NCBI GenBank assembly: GCA_031430855.1
Contig: JANPCG010000013.1
Location: 99,781 to 163,780 of the forward strand
Direction: 5' to 3'
Length of the DNA: 64,000 nucleotides
Origin: Candidatus Kaiserbacteria bacterium
Lineage (GTDB): Bacteria; Patescibacteriota; Minisyncoccia; Phycocordibacterales; UBA918
Part shown: positions 9,403 to 19,264 of the stretch, in pieces
Layout: each line of letters begins with the position of its first letter
Numbering within the stretch: the stretch's first letter is position 1
Made by a program: the position numbers and the translations under genes
The notes under the pieces: model-generated
The model's database searches: none
Seen by the model: only the letters and a program-made list of their open reading frames with translations
What the model was told of the DNA's origin: nothing

Positions 9403-10371
9403 ATGAAAAAAATTCTCGTCATTGCTTTGCCACTTTTCGTTCTCGGGCTCTTTTTTGTTCCAGAAATTAATACCCTAGAAGCACAGGGTATTGCACAGTT
9501 AGCACAATGTTCGGGTAATGATTGTACCTCGTGTAATTTAGTTCACCTTGGTAATGGACTTATTCAATGGTTGATCGGAATTCTCTTTATAATCTTTGCC
9601 ATTTTGACGGTCGTTGCAGGGGTGCGTTTAGTAATTTCAGGCGGCAGTACTCAGGCGCTCGATAGCGCCAAAGAATTGTTTAAAAATGCCTTCATTGGAT
9701 TTGTGATTGTCCTCGCGTCCTGGCTTATTGTTGATACCATTATGCGCGTACTGCTCGGTAATGGTGGAAGGTTGGGTTCGTCAGGTGAAGTGTCGGGTTG
9801 GTTATTTTGGTCAGAGGTTGAGTGTCAGACGGTGCGTGATGCAACGCGAGCGGAAATTCGAACGGTTGAATTCGATTTACCAGAAGCCTTAATTGATCAA
9901 GGTGGTGGTACGGCTGGGCAGATTACAATCTCAACACCTTCGGGACCGCAAGTTGTTAACGTTTCCCCTTGTGATACATCAACTTTAACTACCATTAACT
10001 TTTTGGGTGGTAGTGTGACGCTCAATCGGCAGTTTGCAGCAAGTGCGGCCCGGATTGACGCAGCTTGGAGAGCCCGAGGAGGAAATAGTTTCTATCGAGT
10101 GACATCAATTGGTGGTTATGCATGCCGAAATGTGGCCGGTACAAATAGACGGTCCAATCATGCGTATGGTTTGGCGATTGATATTAATCCAGCGCAAAAT
10201 CCACACACCTTTCCTGGTGATTCTAATTACGGACAAACGAATATGCCACCCGCCTTTCGTCAGATCTTTTTGAATGAAGGGTGGGGCTGGGGAGGGAACT
10301 GGAACTCTTCAAAAGACACGATGCACTTTAGTAAAGCGACGGGAGAGGGTGGTAATATGAGAGGAAATTAA
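9403..10371 (+). CDS. Pilin-like protein with a C-terminal M15-family Zn peptidase
   Basis: Pilin-like N-terminus; R...SNHAYGLAIDIN, WGGNW and DTMHF motifs. Confidence 0.85.
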   Translation: MKKILVIALPLFVLGLFFVPEINTLEAQGIAQLAQCSGNDCTSCNLVHLGNGLIQWLIGILFIIFAILTVVAGVRLVISGGSTQALDSAKELFKNAFIGFVIVLASWLIVDTIMRVLLGNGGRLGSSGEVSGWLFWSEVECQTVRDATRAEIRTVEFDLPEALIDQGGGTAGQITISTPSGPQVVNVSPCDTSTLTTINFLGGSVTLNRQFAASAARIDAAWRARGGNSFYRVTSIGGYACRNVAGTNRRSNHAYGLAIDINPAQNPHTFPGDSNYGQTNMPPAFRQIFLNEGWGWGGNWNSSKDTMHFSKATGEGGNMRGN

Positions 10372-10373
10372 GT

Positions 10374-10973
10374 ATGAAACCACGAATCATTCTCGGTATG
10401 CTGGTGTTGTTACTCACACTAATTGTTTGCGTTTGGTATTTTACTAAAGGTACTTCTGATGAAGTTCCGGGTAGGGTGACTGACTTTTCAGCCATTGGTG
10501 TACCAACGACTGCTGAAGATACTTCGTTTACAAGCTTATTGAAACAACAGCCTGATGAAACACAACAGAAGGTGCTCGATAATATATATCTAGACGAATA
10601 TTATCTCTATCCGTGTAATATAACTAATCCACCAACTGATGTGGTAGTTTTGGTCGCTCAGTATAAACCAAATAGTGCTGGCTTAAATACCTTTCAAACG
10701 GCACAATCTGCCGTAAAGACTTTTGAAGATGACATATACCCTAATTGGGGACATCTGATTTTTAAAGATTCCTTTAATGCAGCACTGTCCGTGCGGAATT
10801 TTAGTGAAAAAGGAGTGAGTGATCCTGAGCTTGTGACCGAGACCTATCGGGTTGGATTATCGCCTGATGGGCAAACGCAGGTGTATTATGGGTGGGTACT
10901 CAATTATATTGTCGTAGCGTCTTCGAAAGACTGTTTAATTGAAACTATGAAACAAGTTTATTCCATTCATTAG
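10374..10973 (+). CDS. Single-TM extracytoplasmic hypothetical protein (partner 2)
   Basis: N-terminal TM; 2 bp after the upstream stop. Confidence 0.7.
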   Translation: MKPRIILGMLVLLLTLIVCVWYFTKGTSDEVPGRVTDFSAIGVPTTAEDTSFTSLLKQQPDETQQKVLDNIYLDEYYLYPCNITNPPTDVVVLVAQYKPNSAGLNTFQTAQSAVKTFEDDIYPNWGHLIFKDSFNAALSVRNFSEKGVSDPELVTETYRVGLSPDGQTQVYYGWVLNYIVVASSKDCLIETMKQVYSIH

Positions 10974-10993
10974 CGCTCGATAATTGTACCCAT

Positions 10994-12106
10994 ATGAAAT
11001 ACCTCCCCATCATTTTATTTATCACATTTTCATTCGGCTTTATGTTTGTGCCTGAGACTGGTGTCGCACAAGCCCCGGGTTTGGTGCAGCTCGCACAGTG
11101 TACCGGTAATGATTGTACGGCGTGTAATTTAGTTCATTTAGCGAACGGTATCATTCGGTGGGTGATTGGTATTCTCTTTGTGATATTTGCGGTCTTGGTG
11201 GCGATTGCGGGAGTGCGATTGGTGATTTCGGGGGGTAATAGCCGGGCTTTGGATGAAGCCAAAGAAACGTTTATCAATGCCATTATTGGATTTATCATTG
11301 TTCTCTCTGCGTGGCTTATCATTGATACCGTGATGCGTACCTTGGTCGGCAATGAGGGACGTTTGGGATCGACTGGTTCGGTGTCTGGGTGGCTATTTTG
11401 GTCGGAGGTTGAGTGTCAGACGGTGAGAAATGCTACTGCGGCTGAAATCAGAACTATTCAGTTTGAACTCGCTACAGCTGAGTTTTGGCCTGGTGATCCG
11501 GGTGGAGCGTTTGGAACATCAGAGGTGGTATCAGTTACATCGTGTGCCGCTACTCCGGCTGGTAACATAAATTGTACAGCGCTCGAGAGTGCGTGTCGTG
11601 CTGCTGGCAACTCGCCAATAGTCGACAGAACTAATCCAGTCGACTATCGCGTTAATTGTGTCAGTGTTTCCGATACTCCAGCAGCTCCAGTAAGCGGCTC
11701 TGGTTCGACCGGATGTACCGGAGGGGCGTGTGTGCCGCTGACGATACCGTGTAGTGCATCTGGTTGTACGATTGCGAGAGATATGGTGTCGCGGTTAGCT
11801 GGTATGCATTCTGCGGCTGGGGTTTCTGGTGCGCGAGTGACCGAAGCGATGCCGCCGAGTCGACAACATAGAAGTGCCTGTCACCAAAATGGAACCTGTA
11901 TCGATTATAGTAAAGCGGGTGGTATGAGTGGTGGAGAGGTAGCCCGTGTGATTTCCGCAGCGTCGCGTAACGGATTACGAGCGGTATACGAAGTGCAAAC
12001 ACAGACGCAAAAAAATGCTTTGGTAGCTGCTGGTGCCCCCGCTGGAAATATCACTGTGCTTGGTAATTGGATTAGTGCCCCACACTTTTCAATTTACGGG
12101 AGTTAG
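10994..12106 (+). CDS. Pilin-like protein with a C-terminal Hedgehog/DD-peptidase-fold-like domain
   Basis: N-terminus paralogous to the 9403 gene; HRSACHQNGTCID (Hx6D) and PHFS motifs. Confidence 0.7.
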   Translation: MKYLPIILFITFSFGFMFVPETGVAQAPGLVQLAQCTGNDCTACNLVHLANGIIRWVIGILFVIFAVLVAIAGVRLVISGGNSRALDEAKETFINAIIGFIIVLSAWLIIDTVMRTLVGNEGRLGSTGSVSGWLFWSEVECQTVRNATAAEIRTIQFELATAEFWPGDPGGAFGTSEVVSVTSCAATPAGNINCTALESACRAAGNSPIVDRTNPVDYRVNCVSVSDTPAAPVSGSGSTGCTGGACVPLTIPCSASGCTIARDMVSRLAGMHSAAGVSGARVTEAMPPSRQHRSACHQNGTCIDYSKAGGMSGGEVARVISAASRNGLRAVYEVQTQTQKNALVAAGAPAGNITVLGNWISAPHFSIYGS

Positions 12107-12127
12107 TTTTTAAGGGGAGAGAATGTT

Positions 12128-12316
12128 ACGAGGAATCTTGAAACTTACAGTTTCGGTACAGGTTGTCGCTACTTTTAAAGTCCCGCAAGCGGTCACAAGT
12201 GACGAAGGGTTCTGCTGTCACAAGTTACTAACTATAATCATTCGCTACGCTCTGATTCTAGTAAGTACTTTCGACCCACGAGGAATCTTGAAACATACAG
12301 TTTCGGTACAGGTTGT
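12128..12316. repeat. 39-bp direct repeat, two copies (12128-12166, 12278-12316), one mismatch
   Basis: acgaggaatcttgaaac(t/a)tacagtttcggtacaggttgt at 150-bp spacing. Confidence 0.9.
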
Positions 12317-12539
12317 AATGTAAGCCTTTGTGCGGTCACAAATCACTAACTATATTTGTTCACTTCGTTCCAAATCTAGTAAGTGTTCGCGACCCCGGCT
12401 CATGGCTCGCAAGCTTGCAACATTCCGCCTCCCGCAGCAGTCGCAAGCAAAGCAGTTTATCTTTGCGGTCACAGATAATTTTCTTCGAAAATTTCTGCGA
12501 CCCCGACGCACTCGTGGCAAAGCCACATCGTTTACGTCT

Positions 12540-12625
12540 CCCGCCCGAGCCGAACCTGACGCAGGTCAGGTTCTAAAGAAAAATCACAATGCGGATGCAT
12601 TGTGATTTTTCTTTGCTCGGGCGGG
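12540..12625. repeat. Branched inverted-repeat structure abutting the tRNA-Trp 3' end
   Basis: cccgcccgagc/gctcgggcggg encloses a 9-bp hairpin (gaacctgac/gtcaggttc) and an 18-bp hairpin (aaagaaaaatcacaatgc/gcattgtgatttttcttt). Confidence 0.8.
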
Positions 12626-12692
12626 CCCACGAGGACTTGAACCTCGGTCAACGGTTTTGGAAACCGGTATTCTACCACTGAACTATAGGCCC
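12622..12692 (-). tRNA. tRNA-Trp (CCA)
   Basis: Acceptor GGGCCTA/TGGGCCC, anticodon loop TTCCAAA, T arm GGTTCAAGTCC. Confidence 0.93.
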
Positions 12693-12775
12693 GTTTATTT
12701 GTGGTGGCATAATGCCAGTGGGATAATAGTAGGCGAAATGATGGATTCGGTCAATGGACAATTTTCTCGGCGTGG

Positions 12776-13690
12776 TTAGGAGGCGAGAAAGCCCTGAACG
12801 GATTCTTTGACGGCTTCGTAATCAGTCGGGAACGGGAACCAGGTGATACTCGGATCACGTTTGAGCCACATTCGTTGCCGCTTCGCAAATTGCCGGGTTT
12901 TATTTGTGAGTTCTTCGATCATGGCTTCTCGTGTAAGGGTGCCGCGGAGATACCGAGAAATATATCGATATTCGAGTCCAAAATCCTCCATTCTTTCAAA
13001 GCTCACACCGTTTGTATGGAGGTCTGAAATTTCTTCTATCATACCTTGATTGAGTCGTTCTATGATTCGTTCACGTATCCGTTCGTTTAAGATTTCAGTA
13101 GGTACTGCAATACCGATTGTGAGCCATTCATAGGCTGATTCTATTGGGGTAACTTCAGGCACTACACCAAGCGAATCGATTATCTCAAGTGCACGGATAA
13201 GTCGTCGCTTATTTTCAGAATCAATTACCACCGCTCGACGTGGGTCGGTGGCTGCTAACATTGCATATAATTCAATTACGGTTTTTTCTTCGAGCTCAGC
13301 CCGCAATCTTGGATTCGGAGCTACGGGTGCCGACTGCATCGTCCCACGTAAGAGTTCGGTGTAGAAAAATGTCCCACCCACAATGATAGGGAGTTTACCG
13401 CGGGTGATGATATCAGTAATTGCAGCGCCAGCATTACGCGCAAAATCTGATCCGGTGTAAAGATCTGTTTTTGGGTCGGCAATATCCAAAAGATGATGGG
13501 GAACCCCAGCCATTTCTTCCCGGGTAACTTTCCCGGTACCTAAGTCCATTCCCCGGTAGACCTGGCGTGAATCTGCTGAAATTACTTCACCTCTGAAGGT
13601 TTTGGCGAGCTCGATACTTAATGCCGTTTTGCCACTGCCGGTCGGACCGACAATAGAGAGAAGTTTTGGTTTTTGAGTCAGGCTTTCCAT
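12776..13690 (-). CDS. miaA: tRNA dimethylallyltransferase
   Basis: GPTGSGKT, ISADSRQVY, PHHLLD, VGGT, FAKRQ motifs. Confidence 0.97.
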   Translation of the reverse strand: MESLTQKPKLLSIVGPTGSGKTALSIELAKTFRGEVISADSRQVYRGMDLGTGKVTREEMAGVPHHLLDIADPKTDLYTGSDFARNAGAAITDIITRGKLPIIVGGTFFYTELLRGTMQSAPVAPNPRLRAELEEKTVIELYAMLAATDPRRAVVIDSENKRRLIRALEIIDSLGVVPEVTPIESAYEWLTIGIAVPTEILNERIRERIIERLNQGMIEEISDLHTNGVSFERMEDFGLEYRYISRYLRGTLTREAMIEELTNKTRQFAKRQRMWLKRDPSITWFPFPTDYEAVKESVQGFLAS

Positions 13691-13762
13691 AGTGCGAGTG
13701 TATCAGGATAAAAAAGAAAATGAAATGCCGCCGCCCCGAGAAAGAGGCGACGGCAGTTTCGT

Positions 13763-14476
13763 TCAGACATAGTTGACTGAACGTTTGTAGGCTTCAAGTT
13801 GGCCGGGGTATTCGACGACTGCTTCGTACTGCTTTCGTTTCAAGTACCCACGGGCAAGCGCCCATTCCATCAGGTCCTCGAATCCCCAGACGGCGTGCAA
13901 GCGTACGCCAAGAAAGGCAAGCTTTTTCGACGCATCGGTGCTCTGGTTGAGGAACACCAACAGATCGGACACATGACCACCGGCACCAGCGATTGGCTTC
14001 ATAGCTTGCTCATTCGTATGCAGGCTGGCCACCAAGGCGTCGATCATGAGCGTGTCTTCCCAGTCGAACTGGTCATTTTCGGGAAGCTTGAAGGCGCGAT
14101 TGCCATCGATTTCGAACTTCTTGAGCCAATAGCGCTGAATGTGCCCGCCTGCTCCCTCAAGCTCATTTATGATGGCGTCGAGGTAGGGGTCTCCGGCGGC
14201 CGGAATCGAGCAGGTCGAACGGGCGTAGGTAAAGAGCTCACGCTCTTTACCTAACAGATACATCGAACGGCCGATGGTAATGATATTGGCGGCTCCGAGA
14301 GTTCCTTCCTTCACTCCCTCACGGTGCAGATTAAGATGGAAGGGCGACCGCGGTGCCTCAGGCAGTTTTTCGTGAACACTGAGGGTGAAGCCATCGTCTA
14401 GGTCGACGAGACAGCTGCCGGTGCGAAAAATCGCATGGGCTGCGAGCTCACGCGCTTCCAGTAATTCTTGGTTCAT
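13763..14476 (-). CDS. Divergent orotate phosphoribosyltransferase-like protein
   Basis: FTL...SPFHLNL, IPAAG, degenerate PRPP loop LMIDALVAS; GGAGG upstream of ATG 14476. Confidence 0.6.
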   Translation of the reverse strand: MNQELLEARELAAHAIFRTGSCLVDLDDGFTLSVHEKLPEAPRSPFHLNLHREGVKEGTLGAANIITIGRSMYLLGKERELFTYARSTCSIPAAGDPYLDAIINELEGAGGHIQRYWLKKFEIDGNRAFKLPENDQFDWEDTLMIDALVASLHTNEQAMKPIAGAGGHVSDLLVFLNQSTDASKKLAFLGVRLHAVWGFEDLMEWALARGYLKRKQYEAVVEYPGQLEAYKRSVNYV

Positions 14477-14590
14477 AGAACAATCCTCCCATTGAGCCAT
14501 ACAGTATGGCAGTGTGGCGATACGCGTTAGGGTACTCCAAAATATGAAAAAAACAAGTGAGTTATGCGCTCGTTTTATTTTAAAAACAGT

Positions 14591-14675
14591 TGGTGGGCGT
14601 GGAGGGGGTCGAACCCTCAATCCTTGCGGAACACGATTTTGAGTCGTGCGCGTATACCAATTCCGCCACACGCCC
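14591..14675 (-). tRNA. tRNA-Leu (CAA) with encoded CCA end
   Basis: GGGCGTG...GGAATTGGTA, anticodon loop CTCAAAA, long variable arm, ...CGCCCACCA. Confidence 0.95.
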
Positions 14676-14830
14676 ATCAACTATCTTCAACAACGGAGGT
14701 TAGTCTATCAGATAATTGCCGAGTTATAAACACCCAGAAAAGGAGGTGTGATACAATACGTAAACGAACACATCATTTGAGTGTTTGGAGGTATACGCTT
14801 TGGTTATTTTCTGTATTTTCGTAATTCATT

Positions 14831-16228
14831 ATGGCATTTCAAGGTGATTCAATTTTCTGGGTAGAAGTCGAAAAAATCGTTCCTAATCCGTTCCAACCAC
14901 GGCGTGAATTTGATGAGATGCGATTAAAAGAGCTCTCGGAGTCGGTTCGGATGTACGGTATTTTGCAGCCACTGACAGTAACACGACGTGAAATTCAGAA
15001 TGAGGATGGCTCGTTTCGGAGTGAGTATGAGTTAATTGCGGGAGAACGACGCTTGCGCGCGAGTAAACTCGCTGGCTTGGCCCAGGTTCCGGTGATTATT
15101 CGGGAAGGGGAACAAAGTGAGCAGGAAAAGCTCGAGCTAGCCATTATCGAAAATCTCCAGCGGGAAGATTTGAATGCTGTTGATCGGGCGCTCGCATTCC
15201 GTCAGCTGGCAGATGTATTTGGTCTCTCTCATACCCAAGTGGCGCAGAAGGTGGGGCGCAGTCGTGAGTATGTCTCGAATACCATTCGCTTGCTAGCCTT
15301 GCCTGATTACATGCTTACCGCATTACGGACTGCTGATATTAGTGAAGGGCATGCGCGAACCCTTTTAATGCTTAACGATCGTCCCGAAGAACAAGATACG
15401 GTATTCCGGGAGATTCTACTCAAGAAACTTTCAGTCCGTGAAGTTGAGCGTATTGCTCGCGGGATAGCGAGTGAAAAGATCCGCAAGAAAGGGGACTATG
15501 ATGCTGATTTGGTTGAACTTGAAAAGAAATTTACGGAAACCCTTGGTACACGCGTGAGTATCGTGAAGACGGAGTTTGGTGGGCGACTATCAATCGATTA
15601 CTTTACTCAAGACGATTTGATGCAAATGTTAGAGCGGATGAAAGCTGAGGCGGGCGCAGTGCCGCTGGTGGTCGCTCTCGGTAATAAAAATATGACTGAA
15701 CTTGGTCCATTAAATGAGCCGGGTGAACTCACTAATCCGCGCGCCGATGAATTGGCAATTTTAACTGAACGAACGGTCCTTGAAGTTGTTCCTGAAGCAA
15801 AACCGGTTACTGTAGAGGAATCAGTTGTACAGGAAAACATTGATCCAGTAGTTAACGTGTCTCCAACTTTTACTGAAAGTGAACCAGTAAAGGCTGTTCC
15901 TGTCGTTGTACCGATTGTGCCTGAAGTAGTACTAGAACCCACGCAGATTACTTCGACACAAGTTAAAGAAACTCCCGTAGCAGCTCCTGCTCCAGCCCCG
16001 ATGGCTGCAAGTCTCTCGTTGCGCGAACAATTGGCAGCGCTCCTAGGGACGACGCCAAAAGTCCTTGAGACGATTTCGACACCAGTTACTGTTGCAAGTC
16101 CAACTACATCCGTTCCCGTAAAAGAGGAAGTCGTGGTTGCTCCGCACATTGTGCCAACGCTACCGGTGACAAAAACTGAGGAAGGTGATGACACCAATCT
16201 CTACGATCTTAAAAATTTTTCTATTTAG
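14831..16228 (+). CDS. parB: ParB/Spo0J partition protein with a long low-complexity C-terminal tail
   Basis: PNPFQPRR, GILQP, IAGERRLRA, IIENLQREDL motifs and HTH. Confidence 0.93.
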   Translation: MAFQGDSIFWVEVEKIVPNPFQPRREFDEMRLKELSESVRMYGILQPLTVTRREIQNEDGSFRSEYELIAGERRLRASKLAGLAQVPVIIREGEQSEQEKLELAIIENLQREDLNAVDRALAFRQLADVFGLSHTQVAQKVGRSREYVSNTIRLLALPDYMLTALRTADISEGHARTLLMLNDRPEEQDTVFREILLKKLSVREVERIARGIASEKIRKKGDYDADLVELEKKFTETLGTRVSIVKTEFGGRLSIDYFTQDDLMQMLERMKAEAGAVPLVVALGNKNMTELGPLNEPGELTNPRADELAILTERTVLEVVPEAKPVTVEESVVQENIDPVVNVSPTFTESEPVKAVPVVVPIVPEVVLEPTQITSTQVKETPVAAPAPAPMAASLSLREQLAALLGTTPKVLETISTPVTVASPTTSVPVKEEVVVAPHIVPTLPVTKTEEGDDTNLYDLKNFSI

Positions 16229-16246
16229 TCAGTTGCTCGGCAAACC

Positions 16247-16281
16247 CAAAGAAACATCTTTACCAAGAGGTGTTTCTTTGG
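16247..16281. terminator. Hairpin after parB, probable terminator
   Basis: ccaaagaaacatct...aggtgtttctttgg inverted repeat. Confidence 0.55.
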
Positions 16282-16339
16282 TATAACTGCACCTATCCAC
16301 CTGAATCATCGGTGGACAAAAAAGTGAGGGAAACAAAAA

Positions 16340-16522
16340 ATGAGTTCAAATTCTACCAAACCCCCGACTGTAGACGAATTTGTGCCGAAGTCAGCTTCGA
16401 CTCAGGTATATACACCTTCAGTAGGAGAACGGCCGTGGTGGGCTGATCAGCTCGGTAAGCCGGGCGAAACGTACGCTGAAACCAGTCGTGGGATGAGGAA
16501 ATTATCCGATATTGGCGGGTAA
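16340..16522 (+). CDS. Small hypothetical protein
   Basis: 60 aa ORF with GAGGGA upstream and a hairpin/T-run downstream. Confidence 0.45.
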   Translation: MSSNSTKPPTVDEFVPKSASTQVYTPSVGERPWWADQLGKPGETYAETSRGMRKLSDIGG

Positions 16523-16568
16523 CATCCAGCCGTGAAATCGGAAAGGCGCGTCTCCGGGCGCGTCTTTT

Positions 16569-18116
16569 TTATAATCCGGCCCCGAGATCTTCGAGGGCAG
16601 ATCGAATGTGTCGTTTTGCAAGAGTTGTCTTCGCGATCCCGAGCCACTTCTTGGTAGGTTTAGCTGATTTTCGCGTTTCCACTTCAACGATATCGCCATT
16701 TTTTAGTTCTGTTTCAAGTTGTACAAGTTTCTTGTTAACTTTGACGCCACCGATGTGGTTACCAATATCTGAGTGGATAGCGTACGCGAAATCAATCGGG
16801 GTAGCACCGACCGGCAAATCAACGACGTCGCCAATGGGGGTAAACACAAAGATCCGGTTAGAGAAGAAATCTTGGCGCATTTCAGTAATAAACTCATCGC
16901 CAGTACTTTTACCACGGCTGTGCATTTCACCGATTTGACTAATCCATTGGGGAATTTTTTCTTTGTGTGGTACCGACGCGTGCGCTTTTATTGATTCGTC
17001 TTTTACTGGAGTGCGAGCAAATGGACGAAACAGCATTGGCACCAGGTTAGCAAACCGCCCTGGACTTGGTTGTGGACCATTGACGACCGGTAGTTTGTAC
17101 ATAAGGTGGGAGGCCACACCGAACTCTGACTCATGATGCATCTGACGAGTGCGGATTTGGATTTCAAGAATAGTGCCATGGGTGGTGGTAACGGTGGTAT
17201 GAATTGATTGATACCCATTTGGTTTTGGAAACGCGATGTAGTCTTTCATGCGTCCGGGCAGCGGTCGCCAGAGTTGGTGAATAATACCGAGCGTCTGGTA
17301 ACACTCTTCAATGGTTGGGACAACTACGCGGATGGCCAAGAGGTCATAGACTGTTGCGATGTCCCAGTCTTTGCGACTCAGTTTATGATAGAGACTGAAT
17401 AAGCCTTTAACCCGGTACGAGGTATTAAAATCAAGCAGCTTAGCCTCAACTAAACGTTTTTGTAGGACTTTTCGTTCCTTTTCTAAGAGTTCGTTAGTTT
17501 TACCGGCCCGAGTCTCCAGTAGTTTTTTAACCCGGGAGTATTCAGCTGGGTAGACATACGGGAAGGCCAAGTCCTCTAATTCTTTACGGATTTTACCCAT
17601 TCCTAAACGGTGGGCAACAGGAACGTAAATCTCTAAGGTCTCGCGGGCAATTCGTGATTGTTTATGAGTTGGCACATGACTCAAAGTTTCCATGTTATGT
17701 AGCCGATCGATGAGCTTGATGATTAACACTCGAATATCTTGACTCGTTGCCACGAATAATTTCCGCAATGATTCATTGTGCCTATCGGTACCGTAATATC
17801 GTACCGAACTTAATTTTGTGACCCCTTCGACCAAGAACAGGATTTCATCCCCGAATTCTCGCCGGATGTCTTCGTTAGTGAGAGCGGTATCTTCGACGAC
17901 ATCATGCAACAGTCCGGCGGCGACCGTTCGCGGCGCCATTCCCATTTCAGCTAGTTTAAAACCGACGTTCGCTGCGTGATGCATATAGGGTTCACCCGAA
18001 TAGCGGATTTGTCCCGCATGCGCGGTTTCCGCTGTGGCGTATGCTTTTTCAATCAAGTGCTTGTCCGCTTCGGTGGCGGTTGCAAATTGACCAATAATAT
18101 CAGCAGCATTTTTCAT
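16569..18116 (-). CDS. RelA/SpoT homolog with HD, synthetase and TGS domains and no ACT domain
   Basis: R.SGEPY..H, LHDVVED, DRLHNM, PKPNGYQSIHT, EIQIRT, TGS DFAYAIH. Confidence 0.95.
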   Translation of the reverse strand: MKNAADIIGQFATATEADKHLIEKAYATAETAHAGQIRYSGEPYMHHAANVGFKLAEMGMAPRTVAAGLLHDVVEDTALTNEDIRREFGDEILFLVEGVTKLSSVRYYGTDRHNESLRKLFVATSQDIRVLIIKLIDRLHNMETLSHVPTHKQSRIARETLEIYVPVAHRLGMGKIRKELEDLAFPYVYPAEYSRVKKLLETRAGKTNELLEKERKVLQKRLVEAKLLDFNTSYRVKGLFSLYHKLSRKDWDIATVYDLLAIRVVVPTIEECYQTLGIIHQLWRPLPGRMKDYIAFPKPNGYQSIHTTVTTTHGTILEIQIRTRQMHHESEFGVASHLMYKLPVVNGPQPSPGRFANLVPMLFRPFARTPVKDESIKAHASVPHKEKIPQWISQIGEMHSRGKSTGDEFITEMRQDFFSNRIFVFTPIGDVVDLPVGATPIDFAYAIHSDIGNHIGGVKVNKKLVQLETELKNGDIVEVETRKSAKPTKKWLGIAKTTLAKRHIRSALEDLGAGL

Positions 18117-18205
18117 GATTTTCATTGTAGAGAGGAAACAATGACTTGGCAAGGCATAAGAAAACCGCGGCACACACAAAGGTGCGCCGCGGCAGCGGAT
18201 GGATG

Positions 18206-19264
18206 TTACTCCACCATTTTCCATTTGAGCGGGACATCGCCACGGAATGGAACCACCGTGTCAGTACCAAAGGTGAAATTCGGAGGGGCTGACCACTCCG
18301 AGCGTTCGAGCGTAATGGTGCGACCCTTGGGGTTGAGTTCGTAGAACTCGCGCCCGAAGCGTCCGGCGAAGTCGGGCAGATAGTCGAGTTTGCCCATGCC
18401 ATCAAACGCCTCAGCGTAGAGTTCGAGTCCGGCGTGTGCGGTAAAACATCCCGCACAGCCGCAGCTCGTTTCTTTGGCTTTTCCTGGTTCGCCATGTTGT
18501 GCATGGGGAGCCGAGTCGCTGCCAAGGAAGAAGCGTGGGCTCCCCGAAGTGGCTGCCGCAAGAAGTGCCTTCTGATGACTTTCGCGCTTCAGGATCGGCA
18601 TGCAGTAGTAGTGGGGGCGGATGCCGCCCCGACCCAGCATATCGTTCCGATTGGCCAACAAGTGTTGTTGGGTGATTGTAGCTCCAATCCGAAGATGGTC
18701 GGGAGCTCGTTGTACCCGCTCCACAGCCTGTCTCGTGGTGATGTGTTCACACACCATTTGAAGCGCCGGAAACGTTTTCGTGAGCCACTCAAACGCTTCG
18801 TCATAGTAGACGGCCTCGCGGTCGTATACATCGACAGTTTGGTCGGCGGTTTCCCCATGCATCAAGAAATTCATACCCACTTCGGCCATGGTCTCGAGAT
18901 GTTCGGTGACGTCGGTTAGTTTGGCAACGCCTCCGTGCGAGTTGGTGGTCGCTCCCTTGGGGTAGAGCTTGATCCCGTGGACAATGCCCGATTTCTTCGC
19001 CTTCCGGATTTCGTCCGGGGAAAGCTCAGGGGTCAGGTAGAGGGTCAAGAGGGGCGTAAAGTCGATTCCCGACGGTACGCCAGCCATGATGTCGTCATGA
19101 TACCGTTTTGCATCATCCGTGGTGCGGATGAAGGGATTCGTGTTCGGCATCACCGTAGCGTAGCTGTACTGTCGGGCCGTATGGTGTACGACCGACAGCA
19201 GGCGGCTGCCTTCCCGAAAATGCACGTGCGCATCAAACGGGTCTTTGATTTTAAGCCTATCCAT
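18206..19264 (-). CDS. pyrC: Dihydroorotase (E. coli-like homodimeric type)
   Basis: DAHVHFR, MPN, KLYPKGATTNS, EHITT, YCMPILK, LGSDSAPH. Confidence 0.95.
   Translation of the reverse strand: MDRLKIKDPFDAHVHFREGSRLLSVVHHTARQYSYATVMPNTNPFIRTTDDAKRYHDDIMAGVPSGIDFTPLLTLYLTPELSPDEIRKAKKSGIVHGIKLYPKGATTNSHGGVAKLTDVTEHLETMAEVGMNFLMHGETADQTVDVYDREAVYYDEAFEWLTKTFPALQMVCEHITTRQAVERVQRAPDHLRIGATITQQHLLANRNDMLGRGGIRPHYYCMPILKRESHQKALLAAATSGSPRFFLGSDSAPHAQHGEPGKAKETSCGCAGCFTAHAGLELYAEAFDGMGKLDYLPDFAGRFGREFYELNPKGRTITLERSEWSAPPNFTFGTDTVVPFRGDVPLKWKMVE

Noticed and set aside
12123-12605. CRISPR array, or short ORFs in the repeat region
   Set aside because: Only two 39-bp copies with a 111-bp gap and no cas genes; the ORFs simply translate repeat sequence
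14477-14680. N-terminal extension of the 13763..14680 ORF
   Set aside because: It overlaps tRNA-Leu; the SD-preceded ATG at 14476 is more plausible
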